NCBI RefSeq assembly: GCF_009914755.1
Contig: NC_060947.1
Strand: one strand, 5' to 3'
Source: the human T2T-CHM13v2.0 reference genome, Homo sapiens
Length of the DNA: 64,000 bases
The translations under genes and the position numbers were made by a program. Below the pieces are notes generated by a model. That model was not told where the DNA came from and made no database searches. It was given only the letters and a program-made list of their open reading frames with translations. This document shows positions 1 to 13,285 of the stretch, in pieces; within the stretch, counting starts at the first letter, position 1; the number at the start of each line of letters is the position of its first letter.

Positions 1-109
1 TGAGTTGTGACATATTTGGCAAGGAATTTGTTAATGATAATAAAACACCAGAGTTGGCAAGTTATTTACTTTTTCTCCCATGAGTAAGGAGATTCTGTGT
101 TATCCTGAT

Positions 110-305
110 AATAACAGTCACCGCAAACACCATATGCCAGGCCTCCTGCCAAGCAAGCTCTTACCTTGCATTTTCTCATTAAATCTCATGCCCATCCCAT
201 GGGAGAAATATTTTTAGTGTCCCCATTTGAGACAGGAAGAAGCAGGTGGAAAGAGGGGAAGTGACTCACCCAGGTCCCACAGCCAGTGAGTGGCAGAGCT
301 GGGTG
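110..305 (-). mobile_element. MIR SINE relic
   Basis: ccccattt...gaagtgactcacccaggtcccacagccagtgagtggcagagctggg resembles the MIR core. Confidence 0.6.
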
Positions 306-1306
306 CCACTCGCACCCACCAGCATGCCAGAGGTTCCTGTGAGCGGTAAGCAAGGGAGTTGGGGCTGGCAGTTAATGATCCAGGTTTTCAGGATAACATG
401 GAGGGAAATGTTAGAACCAGAACCTGTGAACTGGGAGACTCGGAACCTGAAAGAAGCCAGTTGCTTTCCAGAGAAGGAATTCATTCCACTCTGGACCAAA
501 ATTTCTCAAGTTCCTTAGCCTTAGGGCTTCCCATGCTGGAGCCTCAGGTGTAGGGGATGTGACAAAGGACATGCTCCAGAGGCCACCTCCCTTTGAAGGC
601 AGAACCAAGTCTTGTTTTGTTCTGTGCTCTGCGTCCAGCCCCAGACCCAGGCCTGGTGTGTACAGGAGCTGGCTGGGAGGATGGAAGCTTGGAGGAAAGG
701 TGGGAGGAAGGGGAGGAAGGAGGGAGGGAGGGACATTGCCATTTTCCCTGGATGAGTGTTTGGATTGAAGGAAAGAATTGAGGACTTGGTAGGAGAAAGA
801 GTGAGTAATAAATTAGAACCAGAATGAAATCAGAGTTATAGGAGACAGAAAAGGTTTCCAGCTTTTGTACAAAGCACCATTATCGAAAGCTCACTACTTC
901 TTGCTGTGTCCCATATATTCTCCCTGTACACAGATCTCATTCATATGTTTATTTAACAAAGATTTTGACCACTAACCTGGAGATAAACAAAACATGTCCT
1001 CTTTTCAGAGAGAGGAATTTACAGTCTCGGGAAATTACTCAAGCAAGCAATCTTGTTGCGCAATCATTAGCGGAGGACGTGGGCATCCTGTCTCGGACGT
1101 CTTCACCTGCCCAGGGTGCTCCTGAGCAAAGGGTGTTGTATCGACCAGAAGGAGGGACGCTTCCGTGGGGTCTTTCTTTTTCTTAGCCAAAACATTACTT
1201 TAACTGTTTCCACCTCTCTATGAAGCTTTTGGGTTTTCGTAGTTGTATGTTTAATGGAATGCTAGGATCTCATGTGAAATGACATTGATTTTTCTGTTTT
1301 AACTAG

Positions 1307-1436
1307 GATTGATCGGAAGATGTCAAGTACTCACACCAGCTACAAACTGGATGAGGCGCAGGCTATCATGAGTGAGCTCCGGACCATCAAGAAGGCCATT
1401 TGCACAGGCGAGAAGGAGAGGCGGGACCTGATGCAT
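1307..1436 (+). CDS. WWC3: WWC3 coding exon (first in window), coiled-coil: IDRKMSSTHTSYKLDEAQAIMSELRTIKKAICTGEKERRDLMH
   Basis: Acceptor ttttaactag|G, donor CAT|gtaagc; 130 nt; peptide resembles the KIBRA/WWC coiled-coil region; phase joins the next exon. Confidence 0.93.
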
Positions 1437-1603
1437 GTAAGCTGCCTGCCTGCTCATGTGTTTTATTTTAAGATGTTTTTAATATACTTATGTATTACAT
1501 GTTATATAGTTATTGTATATATAACATATATGTGTATATAATACACACACACACACACATGCATACATACATACGCACCCCCCACTGTATTTAAGTACGT
1601 ATA

Positions 1604-1745
1604 TAGTCATCCCTCTGTATCCTTGGGGGATTGGTTCCAAGACACACCCCCATCCCTCAGGATACCAAAATCATTGGATGGTCAAGTCCCTTATATAAAA
1701 TGGTGTAGTATTTGCATATAACCTGCACAGTCCTCCTGTATACTT
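1604..1745 (+). mobile_element. MER2 (TcMar-Tigger) 5' fragment
   Basis: tagtcatccctctgtatccttgggggattggttcc...gataccaaaatc...ataaaatggtgtagtatttgcatataacct matches the MER2 start. Confidence 0.75.
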
Positions 1746-2027
1746 TTCTTTTTTTTTTTGGAGACAGGATCTCTGTCACCTAGGCTTGAGTACAATAGCA
1801 CAAAAATGGCTCACTGTAGCCTTGACCTCCCAGGCTCAAGCCATCCTCTCACCTCAGCTTCTAGAGTAGCTGGGACCACAGGTGCGCACCATCATGCCTG
1901 GCTAATTTTTATATTTTTAGTAGAGACAGGGTCTCACCGTGTTGGCCATGCTGGTCTCAAACTCCTGGCCTCGAGCGATCCTCCCGTCTCGGCCTCCCAA
2001 AGTGCTGGGATTACAGGCATGAGCCAC
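1744..2027 (-). mobile_element. Alu (J-like)
   Basis: T-tract followed by antisense Alu ending gctgggattacaggcatgagccac. Confidence 0.9.
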
Positions 2028-2029
2028 TC

Positions 2030-2248
2030 TGATTGCTGCCTCCATGGTCACATGACTGTCTCTTTGTCTGAATTTCCTGTTCCTGTAAGGACACCAGCCA
2101 TTGGATAACGACCCACCCTAATCCAGTATGACCTCATCTTAACTAGATTACATCTGTAAAGACTATTTCCAAATAAGGTCACACTCACAGGTTCCTGGGG
2201 TTAGGACTTGAACATATCTCCTGGGGGAACATAATTCAACCCACAGCA
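2030..2248 (-). mobile_element. MaLR LTR fragment (MLT1-like)
   Basis: aaggacaccagccattgga...gacctcatcttaact...ccaaataaggtcaca...ataattcaaccca. Confidence 0.7.
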
Positions 2249-3029
2249 ATGGGTGATACATTTATATTGTTCAATAATCAAGATAATTCCAAAGGTCTAT
2301 GATAAGAAGTCTCGCTATCGCCCCATCCTCCTACTGCCCCTGACTGCCTTTATTACCTTTTTGCCTACCCTTCCAGCATTCATGTGGGCACACAAAAAGA
2401 GAATACATGTTTAGCCGCCCTCACGCAAAGCCAGGACTGTGATACTGTTCCGCACTAGCTTCCTCACTTAACAGCAATATCCCCTACCTTTCCCCATATC
2501 TGTACACAAAGAGCTGCTTCTTTCCTTGAGATGGTTGCATAGTATTTTACTATGTGGGTGTATTTGTATTATATATAGCTGGGATCATTGTAGCTTTATA
2601 CTGCTTTATGTTTTTTTCCCCTTGAGCTTTTGTAGTTTCTGTTATTTTTAGAAAAAGTTGAACTTTTGCAAATGCAAAAAGCTGCCTCCATGGTGGGAAA
2701 CTCAAGCAAGACATCTGAGTGGCTGGCCCTAGTGCTGCACATGGTGGCCTCAGAGAGGCCAAGGCAGGGGAGCGCTGCTTGACCTCATGACGTAAAGTGC
2801 TGGAATGCATTCAGTGCTTTTGGTTACAGCTTTTATTTTTCATCTGCTACCCTAAGTGAGCACCTACTGCCTGCTGGCATGTGTCTAGATTCTGTAGAGT
2901 ATAAGACCCACAGGACAGAACAAGCAAAGCTCAAACTCATAGGCAAAATGAGACAGATGCACAAAAAAACTACCCTGCCTGGGTAGTGCCTTCTAAGGTC
3001 AAGGCCATGAGGGACTTGCGGAGAGTCCT

Positions 3030-3140
3030 CATGGTGCTTGTTAAGATGCAGATTACCAGGCCCCACCCTAGACTCACTGAATTAGAATCTCTGGAGGTAG
3101 GGCCTAGGAATCTATTTTCAGATGACCTCTCCAGGTTGTG
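3030..3140. mobile_element. MER5-like hAT-Charlie relic
   Basis: tgcttgttaagatgcagatt...ccccaccctagact.actgaattagaatctctgg.ggtagggcctaggaatct. Confidence 0.65.
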
Positions 3141-3745
3141 ATAAGTAAATGGTTAATTGTTAGATTTTTTTTTTTTTTGGCACACAGGTAGCACTGAGAA
3201 CAGCTACCATTTATTGAGGTCTCTGCTCAGCTGACATCAAACAAGATGCCCCATGTTTGTTACCCATCGTCAATACCGCAGGCTGAACCATGTGGTGTTC
3301 CATGGTGGAGACACAGAGGCTTTACGCCATGAGGCCAAGCAGGGCTGCCTGCCCCGGCCTCTCTGAGGCCACCGTGTGCAGCACCAGGGCCAGCCACTCA
3401 TTTGCCTTGCTTGAATTCCCACCGTGGAGGCAACAGATAGAATTTCTGGAAGAAGCTTCAGGCTCGAGCACCTTCTTTGACGTCTCCATAGCCTCTCAAA
3501 CTCTGAGAAGCTCCAGGAAGAGGCACAGGCAGAGTCCTCTTCTATCCAGGTTAAATAAGTTGTTTTGCCTTTCTTATGTGAACTTAACAATATTGGCCCC
3601 TCCCAAGAAGGCCTTATCTCAATCTCAAGCCAGTTTTGTGAGTTCTACTGCACTTGGGCATTTTTGGTTCTGGTGTCTGTAGTAAAATTTGCTGAAAGTG
3701 AATATATTCAGAAGTCTAAAAGAAATGGTCAAAAATCTGATTTCT

Positions 3746-4059
3746 GGCTGGGTGCAGTGGCTCATGCTTATAATCTCAGCACTTTGGGGGGCTGAGGCAG
3801 GAGGATAGCTTGAGCCCAGAACTTTGAGAAAAGCCCAGGCAACATAGTGAGACCTGGTCTCTACAAAAACAAACAAACAAACAAAAGTTTAGCTGGGTGT
3901 GGTGGCATACCTGTAGTCCCAAGTACTCAGGAAGCTGAGGTCGGAGGATCACCTGAGCCAAGGAGGTCGAGGCTACGGTGAGCTATGATTGTGCCACTGC
4001 ACTCCAGCCTGAGTGATAGAGTGAGACCCTCTCTCAAAAAAAAAAAAAAAAAAAAAAAA
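3746..4059 (+). mobile_element. Alu (J-like) with A24 tail
   Basis: Full dimer; partial target-site duplication tctgatttct on both sides. Confidence 0.92.
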
Positions 4060-4665
4060 TCAGAATTCTGATTTCTGCTTAAAACTGCCACACAGAGAGA
4101 TTTCATGTGCCAGAATGCATACTAACTCTAATTTTTGGCAAACCAACATACATATGAGATTACTTTTGACCATGTAGAATTATGACTGAGAAATGAGGTT
4201 TATAAAAATACGTAAGCTAAAACAGCAACTCAAAGAACTGAAAAAGAAATACGTAAGCATTGTCTGGGAGCTGTTTTCCCCTTCCCTGTTTTTCCTCTGT
4301 AACAATCTCAAGGCAGCATTCATCTCTGTCAGGCTCATTTACATTTTCGATAGAAATACTTATTTTTTTCTTTAGGAAACATGAAGGTTTAAGAACCAGT
4401 AAAAATGGTACCATAATTGTCCTCTATTTTATTCACATGCTGCCAGGGGGACTTAGTTGCGATGTGATTTAAATGACTAAGAATTTTATTAGAGGTGCCT
4501 GTGATGAAGGGCATTTATGTGAAATCTAACGAGCATGGGGGTGAGGTGGGGCAACTGTTCAGTAATAAATAATGCAGCAGACCTAAAACAAATGAGAGAA
4601 CCACTTCTGGAGGGAAGAGACACATCACCATCTCCGTTCAAAGAGCTTGTCTCATTGTGTTCCAG

Positions 4666-4815
4666 AGCCTGGCCAAGCTGACCGATAGCTTCAAGAACAG
4701 CTGCTCCGTTACCGACTCTCTAGTGGACTTCCCTCACCATGTAGGCGTGCCTGGCGATGCTGGTGTACCCCAGCAGTTCTGCGATGCCGGCTCCCAGACT
4801 GATATCATCGGGGAG
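4666..4815 (+). CDS. WWC3: WWC3 coding exon: SLAKLTDSFKNS...CDAGSQTDIIGE
   Basis: tgtgttccag|AGC ... GAG|gtatat; 150 nt, phase 0/0; DAGSQTD motif typical of the WWC family. Confidence 0.93.
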
Positions 4816-5109
4816 GTATATGCGCGCCCAGGGGGAGAAATGCACCGGGAGAGGGGAGGGCTGCTTCAGTGTTGCCATCACTGGTTTGGTGTAATTTTCC
4901 ATGTTCACTTAAGAAATGCCTTCACTTTTGTGCCATTAAGTTTGAAGAAAAAGTGTTGTGTCTCACATCCAGCTGTGTGATACAATTGAATTGCTTATTA
5001 CTGCTGCCCTTATGATTTGGACTCTTATAAATGACATACTCCTTGTGAGAGTTGAGTTTCACTGTTCTTTTGACAGACATATCACTTTTTAGAGCATGAG
5101 TCCCCATGC

Positions 5110-5327
5110 TTTTTCTGTGAAGGGCCAGATAGTAAATATAGTCACTATTTTAGGCTTTGCAGGTAGTTCTGCTGGAACTGCCCCACCCTGTCATTGTAGT
5201 GTACATGCAGCCATAACAGAGATGCCTTGCAAGCATGTAAGACTGGGGCCTCGAGCTGCTCAAACGTTCACTTACGGAACAGCCAGTGGGCTGGATTTGG
5301 CCCCAGGGCCATAGTTACTGATTCCTG
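5110..5327. mobile_element. MER58A-like DNA transposon
   Basis: ttttctgtgaagggccagatagtaaatat...ggatttggccccagggccatagtt. Confidence 0.7.
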
Positions 5328-6480
5328 CCTTAGACCACTGATTTCCAAAGGCTTTATAGCTGTGCCACCTTGGGTGTTACTTTATTGCTGTTTCTTACTC
5401 TTCTAAAAGAATGTCAGGAAATTGAATTGAACTAAAAGTCATTTTTGTTTGAGACTTGGAAGAATGTCATAATGCCTCCTTTGTTAATTAGCGAAGCCTT
5501 GAGTTAGCCACAAAAACAAAGTTGGGAAAATCACCATTTGAAGCAGGATGGTGGATATTCAAAGACGCTAGTATTGTAATATCATTGAGTGAAGCTTGAC
5601 ATTAATTTGTTACCAAATGGAAAAACAGTTTAAAGAGCTTCTTTTTTTTTTTTAAGGATTATTAAGTAAAGATGAGGTATCAATGGAATGCACAGTGCCA
5701 CCCCTCCCCCGAAATTAAATAAATAAAAGGAAAGCAACAAAAGGAGGAAAAAACAATTGATGGAAAACTCTGGGTTTTAAATAATTATCTAATTAATATT
5801 TTGAAATCTTAGCAACTAGTGCCTCTTCGAGTGGAGTATAATGTAGGAAATCACGGCCCTTTATGTCTTGGGTGTCCTGGAACAGTCCTATTTTCAAATT
5901 TGCCTGCGTTGTTCCAAACGTACACTTGGCCGTTTTTGACTAGGCATCTTCTTTGGATGAAAGAATATGGTCGCCATCTGTAACACACAGAGGAGAATCT
6001 GTAATTCAAAAATGTTTGGCATTTTTGCGTAAAGATTTTGGAGCGAGAGAAGGAAACAAGTGTAAGACTCATTGAATTCGTGAATAATTCATTGCTGCTT
6101 ATTGTAAGGTTAGAATTAGAATTTAGTTTGAGAGAAACAGTTAAGATAGAAGGTTCTCCAGTGATTTAGGTCAACCCTTCTAAAAATGTCAGGTGAGGAG
6201 TGGTGGCTGGTTATGCTACTTGAGCAGTCACTGCTCATTGTTGATAAGCTCCTGAAGTTTACCGGGGCTGACCCTAGGTCAGCAATCTCATAGCTGTTAT
6301 CTCAGTTTAAGTAGTTGTTCCCATCCTGTGTGATGTGCAGGAGACCGAGATGCCAGGTTACCTAAGGTCTTGTAGCTGAGGAGAGGCAGGTCTGGTTTTG
6401 AAACATTTCTCATCCCTAAACCCCTGTACTTTCTAAGAAACCACATCATGTTATAGAAAAATAGATCAAAAGGCTATGAC

Positions 6481-7000
6481 TGTATTAGCTAACCATTGCT
6501 GCATAACAGATTTCCCCAAAACCTAGCCTCTTACAACAACACTCCTTTATTATCTCATGCTTGATGTGGTCCAGGAGACTGGGCTGGGTCTTCTGCTCCA
6601 GGGTCTCTCAGGAACTTCCCTGCAATCAAGGTGTCAGCCAGGACTGTGGTCTCATCCAAAAGCTCACCTGGGGGAGGGGCCACTCTTAAGCTCATGTGAT
6701 TGTTGGCAGGATTCAGTTCCTCACAGGTTGCTGGACTGAGGGCTTCAGTTCCTTGCCACATGGGCTGCTCCAGCACGGCAGCCTGCTTCGTCAAAGTGTA
6801 CCAGCTGAGAGAGTCTGCTAGCAAGATGGAAGTCACAGTCTTTTGTAACCTATTCACAGAAATGACTTCCCATCACCTTTGTTCTGTTCTATTGGTTAGA
6901 GTCAAGTTATAGACCCAGTTTATTCTCAGGGGGAGGGAATTTCACACGGGGAGAATCCCAGGAGGTGTTGGTCATTAGGGGCCTTCTTAGAAGTCTGCCT
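6481..7000 (-). mobile_element. MaLR LTR (MLT1F/G-like)
   Basis: Starts tgtattagct...ttgctgcataaca; includes ctctcaggaac...tgcaatcaaggtgtcagccaggactg and ttttgtaacct...gaaatgacttcccatcac. Confidence 0.65.
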
Positions 7001-7331
7001 ACCTCACTTTGTGCTTGTGTTGAGTCTGTTTTGTGGGGTGGATATTGCTGTATGTCAGATGTGCTTTTTGAGACTGGAGATTTGCAGCCACAGGGTTGCA
7101 CACGCTGTAGCGCTGCATAGGAACTCTGAAGCAGGAGTCTCTTGGATCCATTTGGCTGTCTTTTCTTTTCACTAAAATGTCCATTTAATTCTCAAAGAAG
7201 AGTACAGAAACAAAGCTTAGAGAGAGGTGCATACAGCTTTGAGAAGAGGTTTGAGAGATGATGTTTACTGATCTTGATGAGTTGATTGCAGGGTCACTAA
7301 TAAAGAGGGGACTGAAATGGCAAGTAGCTCA

Positions 7332-7753
<422 letters not shown>

Positions 7754-8220
7754 TCAGTCCCTTGTAAGGCACTTTTTCATCTTGCCATTCAAGGCAATAA
7801 ATTTGCGAAGACATTTTTCATCAACATAGATCAAAACTCGTGTCGATAAATTCACTGCTAATCATTCAAGTTGAATATTTTCAGATACTTGTTGATGGGA
7901 AGTTATTTCAAAAATGTAAAGACTTGGTGGCCATAATATGTGATCTAGTAAGGTCAGATCAACAGATGGAGCTGATTTATTGAAACTGGAGTTGTGTGAA
8001 TATTTGCAGGAATGAGGAATTAACCAAAATGTACTACAGTTACTTCCTGTACATGTCTTTTTTTGTTTTGTGTAGGATTTTATTGTCATCAATGTAACTG
8101 GTACAAAAATATTTAAGTATATCTACTCGTCACAGAGCACCGCATTTAGGCTAACTCTATATTGGTACTCCCCGAGCTCTGGCTTTTTGAGACCTTGCTT
8201 GCTTTCCTTTTGCCCTTGGT

Positions 8221-8521
8221 TCTTTTTTTTTTTTTTTTTTTGAGACGGAGTCTTGCTCTGTCGCCCAGGCTGAAGTGCAGTGGCTCAGTCTCGGCTCACT
8301 GCAAGCTCCGCCTCCTGGGTTCATGCCATTCTCCTGCCTCAGCCTCCCGAGTAGCTGCGACTACAGGCGCCTGCCACTACGCCCGACTAATTTTTTGTAT
8401 TTTTAGTAGAGGCGGGGTTTCACCGTGTTAGCCAGGATGGTCTCGATCTCCTGACCTCGTAATCCGCCCGCCTCAGACTCCCAAAGTGCTGGGATTACAG
8501 GCGTGAGCCACCGCGCCTGGC
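8221..8521 (-). mobile_element. AluY with perfect 16-bp target-site duplication
   Basis: gcaagctccgcctcc and ccgtgttagccaggatgg diagnostics; TSD ttgcccttggttcttt at 8210-8225 and 8522-8537. Confidence 0.93.
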
Positions 8522-9040
8522 TTGCCCTTGGTTCTTTAACACACCTCGTGGCATCAGAAGGCATCCACCAGCCCATCCGTCACACAGCTAGTCCAGCTTC
8601 CTCAGACCGTGGAGCTTCTGAGTAGAACATCATTATTTTACGTTTACTGAGGAATTAGAGAATGTACTGCACAAAATCGGGTGACTGGTTTTTGCCTTTG
8701 TATCAACTTTTACTAAGTAATTTCCTACTTCTTTTAAAACCTAATTTGTGGTTGTTGTTTGGAATTACAGAATAGATAGATATGCTGCTGCTGTAAAAAA
8801 AAACAAAAAACCCTACCAGTTTAGGCAAGCAAGAGTCTTCCCTTCCCCCTCCCCCCTCCCCAGCCAGGGGTGGCCGCAAAGGGTTATTCAGTGTTTCCTT
8901 CCAGACCTTGCACAGATTGAAAGTGAAAGAGATGAAGAATATTTCTCATTGCTGCCGAAAGTTTAAGTGAAGTTGCTATTTTGGAAATATGTTTTTAATA
9001 TGCGTTTCCTTTCTTTTTTTCTCTCTTCTGTTCCGGAAAG

Positions 9041-9114
9041 TTTGTCTTTGATGATAAAACAAGACTTGTAGACCGAGTCAGACTTAATTGGCAATATGAA
9101 GAAGCCAGAAAGAG
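9041..9114 (+). CDS. WWC3: WWC3 coding exon: FVFDDKTRLVDRVRLNWQYEEARK(R)
   Basis: Long pyrimidine tract, ggaaag|TTT ... AG|gtaaga; 74 nt; too short for the ORF track but fits phase 0/2. Confidence 0.92.
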
Positions 9115-11279
9115 GTAAGAAGCACTTTTTTCCAACCTCGCCTTCTGCTTACTTACTTACTTTCTCCTGTGGAAGGAAGCGTGGCATAGTTCCTGTGTGT
9201 GATTGGTCACGTCTCATCGGAGAACAGCGTTTGATAGAATACCAAGTCAAGGATCTTCATTTACGTGTAGCTTAATACATACATATGACAACATTTCAAG
9301 TGCATTTAAAATGTGAAATTTGCAATATTACAAACAGTTATACAGACGTGATTCCATAAGAATAGAAACTTTTTTGGCTTTGTCATCCCCGGTGGTTCAG
9401 AACCTCTACCCCTCCTTCCCTTCCCTCCTTCCAATAGACGAGCTTCAGTTCCAGAGGGTGTCATAAGTGAAACCACTTGATCTTTTATATGTGTGGCTTC
9501 TAACTCCATAAGCTAATGGGCAAAGCCATGTATCTTGGTTATAAGACATTCAATAAGCATTAGGTCAACAGGTGAGCAGTACCTAATTGATTTCATTCCA
9601 TTTATGTTGTCCTGTGTCGTAAACCATTGGCCTCCTGCAAATTGCAGCTTGACCCACTTTGTGCACTTGTGTTTCTCTTTCCTCACTTCCCTCCCTCCCT
9701 TCCAGTCTTCATCCTCTGACATGCACAAAGCTGAGAGGCTTCCGAACCCTCGCATGGCATAGTATTTTAGGGCGTCACGTGTCTCCTCAGCTGTGCAGGG
9801 CTCCCGTTTTCAATATTCTTCTCCTCTCTGACTTTTGTATTCTCTTTTTAGGGACTTTCTCTAGTTTGTGCCTTCTGGAAAGAGTCTTAAAGCCAAATTA
9901 TTTCCAAATAAGTGCTTCAGAAGAGTATCAAGCATATCTTTTTTAAAAAGTTACTTGAGTCACAAATGAAATATTGTCATGGGGGGCGGGGAGAGCAGAA
10001 TAGCAGAATGTCGGGTGGGGTGAGGGAGTTCTTTCTGGAAGCTAAACAGTTAGGCCTGCTCAGCACACTGTACCATTCATGGACGTCTGGAAAGCTACTT
10101 TGTTGGCTTTTTAAAAAATGTAAAAATAGCAACAAAAGCACATCATATGATTCAGTGCTCCAGGGCCAACTTAAACGGACATGGGCCTTCTGTTTTCTAG
10201 GAGGTTTTCTAACCAGTGCCTCTTGGCTTTTTAGGATGGACTCGTGGTGGGCTTTAAATTTCCCCACAGAACAGTGCCAAGTTCATTTGGCAATACCAGT
10301 TGTCTGTGTGGTGATTCTTCATTATCATGCATATTCCTTCTCTGTAGCCTGCAAGAGTTTGTGAGGAGCGATTGTCTCTTCTGAGTATTCGTCTGCTCTT
10401 GCCTGTTTCTGGTGAAACTGCGGAGTGTGGGTGCTGGAATTTGCTACACTTAGGAACATGATTGTTACGTGTTTGGTTGTGACATTTACCAAACATAGCA
10501 AGTGATTTCTTTGTTTTCTAGAGATGGTGCCAGTATATGGTGAGTAACCTTCTAAATGTTGGGATAATACATTTGGGTGAAAAGTCGAGTATTTAAGAAA
10601 ATTATTCAAGGGGCAGGCATGGTACTTCATCAGTTCTTTTGAATAAAATACCATATTATTTCAAGATGGCCAGAACCTTGTTAGGAAACGCACCACAGCT
10701 ACAGAGGAAGGTCCACCTTCCACTGACAGTAGCGGCATGTCAGAAGTGCCTCTGTGGGCTGTGTTGGAGCATTTAAAAATCAGAGATTTCTTTTAAACTC
10801 CACCTGGGTGGGCCTGCACAGGTGCTGCCTGTCCTTTTCCCACTAGCATAGTGGGGCTCCACACAGGGAGCAAGGCCTTCACCCTCCAGGAGACCTCCAG
10901 CAGTGTCTGCAGACATGTTTAGGTGTCCCAACTCTAGGGCAGGGGCCAGGGAGGCTGCTTGACATCCTGTTGTGTACAGGATGGCCCCCGCAGCAAAGAC
11001 TTACCCGGCTCAGCATGGCCGCGGTGCCAAGGTCCAGAAACCTCGCCCTGGGGCTTCTTCCTGTCTTGCTCCTGAATCTTCACGATGCATGGACAACAAG
11101 GGGCCTACATGAGCAGGTCGCCTGCTGACTCACAGGCATCAGCCTGCTCCCCACTCACCCTGCTCCAGCCAATCGGCCCCTCGATGTTCCTCAGATGTAC
11201 AAGCACGCCTGCACTGAGCAGCCCCTCGGGCCTCCCACCGGGCCTCAGTCCCACCGAGCCAACTCCTGACCTAGCATCT

Positions 11280-11731
11280 GCAGCTGGCAGAATGATGGTC
11301 CGTCAAGGTGTCTGCATCCTGATCTCCACAGCCTGTGAAGATGTGGCTTTCCATGGCAAAAGGGACTTCGTGGATGTAATTAAATTAGGGATCCTGAGAT
11401 GATGGGGAAATGAGCCTATATGATCCAGGTGGGCTCAGTGTCATCACAAGAGTCCTCATAAGAGAGAGACAGGACGGTCGGCAGTAGAGAAGGAGATGTG
11501 AGGTTGGAATCAGAGATCAGAATAGTGTGGGGCCAGGAGCCAAGGAGCACGGGCAGCCCCTAGAAGCTGGAAGGTGCAAAGAAACAGATTTTCCCCTGGA
11601 ACCTCCAGAAAGAACGCAGCCCTGTAGACCCATTTTCGACTTCTGCCCTCTAGAACTGTAAGGGAATAATAGGTGTTGCTTTAAGCCATTAAGCTTGTGG
11701 TAATTTGGGGCAGAAAAGAGCAAACTCATAC
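11280..11731 (+). mobile_element. MaLR LTR (MLT1D-like)
   Basis: catggcaaaagggacttc...ctagaagctggaagg...ttaagccattaagcttgtggtaattt...aactcataca. Confidence 0.75.
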
Positions 11732-13143
11732 AGTGCCCTTGGCCTGTTCTGTCTTCTCTGTCTGGAATGGGGTGGCTTTTCTCCAAATTGTCACATGACC
11801 TCTCCTTTTGATCACCTTGTTAAGAGAGGTTTCCTTGACCATCCTGAATAAAACCTCACCACCCTGTCCTCACCCCGGTCCCCCTGATTGGCTGAGCAAA
11901 TGTTATTACCTAACCAGTGTTTACTTTTCTTACTGCCTGTCTCTCCCTGTGAAAATGTAAATAACCCTCATGAGTGCAGGGATTGTAGGTCATTGCTGTA
12001 AGCCCAGCAGCTACATACTTGGTGAATATTTATTGAATGAGTAAATGAGGGTCCCGTGTGGTTGCATTTGCTATTTGGCCTTTGCCCCTGGGACGGGGCA
12101 AGCCAGGGCAGTCCCGGGGCCAGGTCAGCTCCAGGCCAACTGCTCTGCTCCTGGGTCCCTTCCTCAAACCTCCATCCAGGTGTGAGCCTTGGGGTCTCTC
12201 GCCTTGACTTGAGAAGGGAAAGGGCTTCAAGACATGGGTGCCTTTAGGGATCTGAGGTAGGCAAGGAACTGTCTCTCCCTTTCAAGGACTATGTTCAAGG
12301 TGTGATACGTCAACACACCGAGCTAGACTAACAGTTCTGGGCCTTCATGGACATTCAAAAGGGCTACTAGCCTTTGAACTCCATAATTAATCCTCTCCTT
12401 GGGGGTTGGAGAAAATGGCATTGGAGTTGGGTCCTGAAGGAGTGCTGGGATTCCAGTCGCCGTCCATTGGGGATGGGCTTTCTCAGGTAAGAGTGGGGGT
12501 CAGGAGTGGGGGTAAGGTGTCACTCTGCAGCAGCTGGACTGGCCTGGAATTGCAGAGCAAAGGCCAGCCAGGCTGGAATGGAGGATGCATGAGCAGGGAG
12601 GCAGGCCACGGCATGGGGGCCACGATGCCCCGAAGAGGGGTCAGAATTGCTGGGCATGCTGGGACGTTTGAGTTGGAAAGATTAAGTGTGAGCCATTCAG
12701 ATGGTGGTATGTGGAGGAGGGCCATTTGAGGAACCCAGATGGCATAGAGATGAAGTCACCGAGCAGCTGGGCTCACCTTGGGAGATGGAACACAGGGAGA
12801 AAAGAGGAGATGCCAGGACTGAGCCTGAGGAAGTCCAATCAAAGGCCTGGCGAGGACGAGACTGGCCAGAGGGGTGTAGTAAAAGGTCCGAGAGGGGATG
12901 GCTGGGGCTGGAGGAAACAAGAAGAGGAAGTACACCTGAGAAGACACTTATGTCCACGGGCCCAGTGGCTGTGAAGGAACGAAAAGGGGGTGGTACCGTT
13001 GGCCGACAGGCAGGCCTCTGCTTCCCAAGCCCAGCCTGAGGTGTCCTTAGTCCACAGTGCATGGGAAAAAGGAGGGCCAGCGGCAGGTGTTCCTAAAGCC
13101 AACTCGCTGCTTTCCAGTCAAAGAAGCCTCTCATTCTCAGAGA

Positions 13144-13285
13144 TACATACATATGTACATACATACATATAAATATATATAATTAATATATGTTTTATAT
13201 ATATTTAATACATATTTATTATATATTTTTATATATTATATTTATAATACGTGTTTAATATACATTTTTTCATATATATTTTTTT
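13144..13285. repeat. AT-rich low-complexity/(TA)-derived tract
   Basis: Imperfect TACA/TA repeats. Confidence 0.8.

Noticed and set aside
1-1306. WW-domain exons or the WWC3 promoter
   Set aside because: Not present; the window starts inside an intron and the first exon begins mid-codon.
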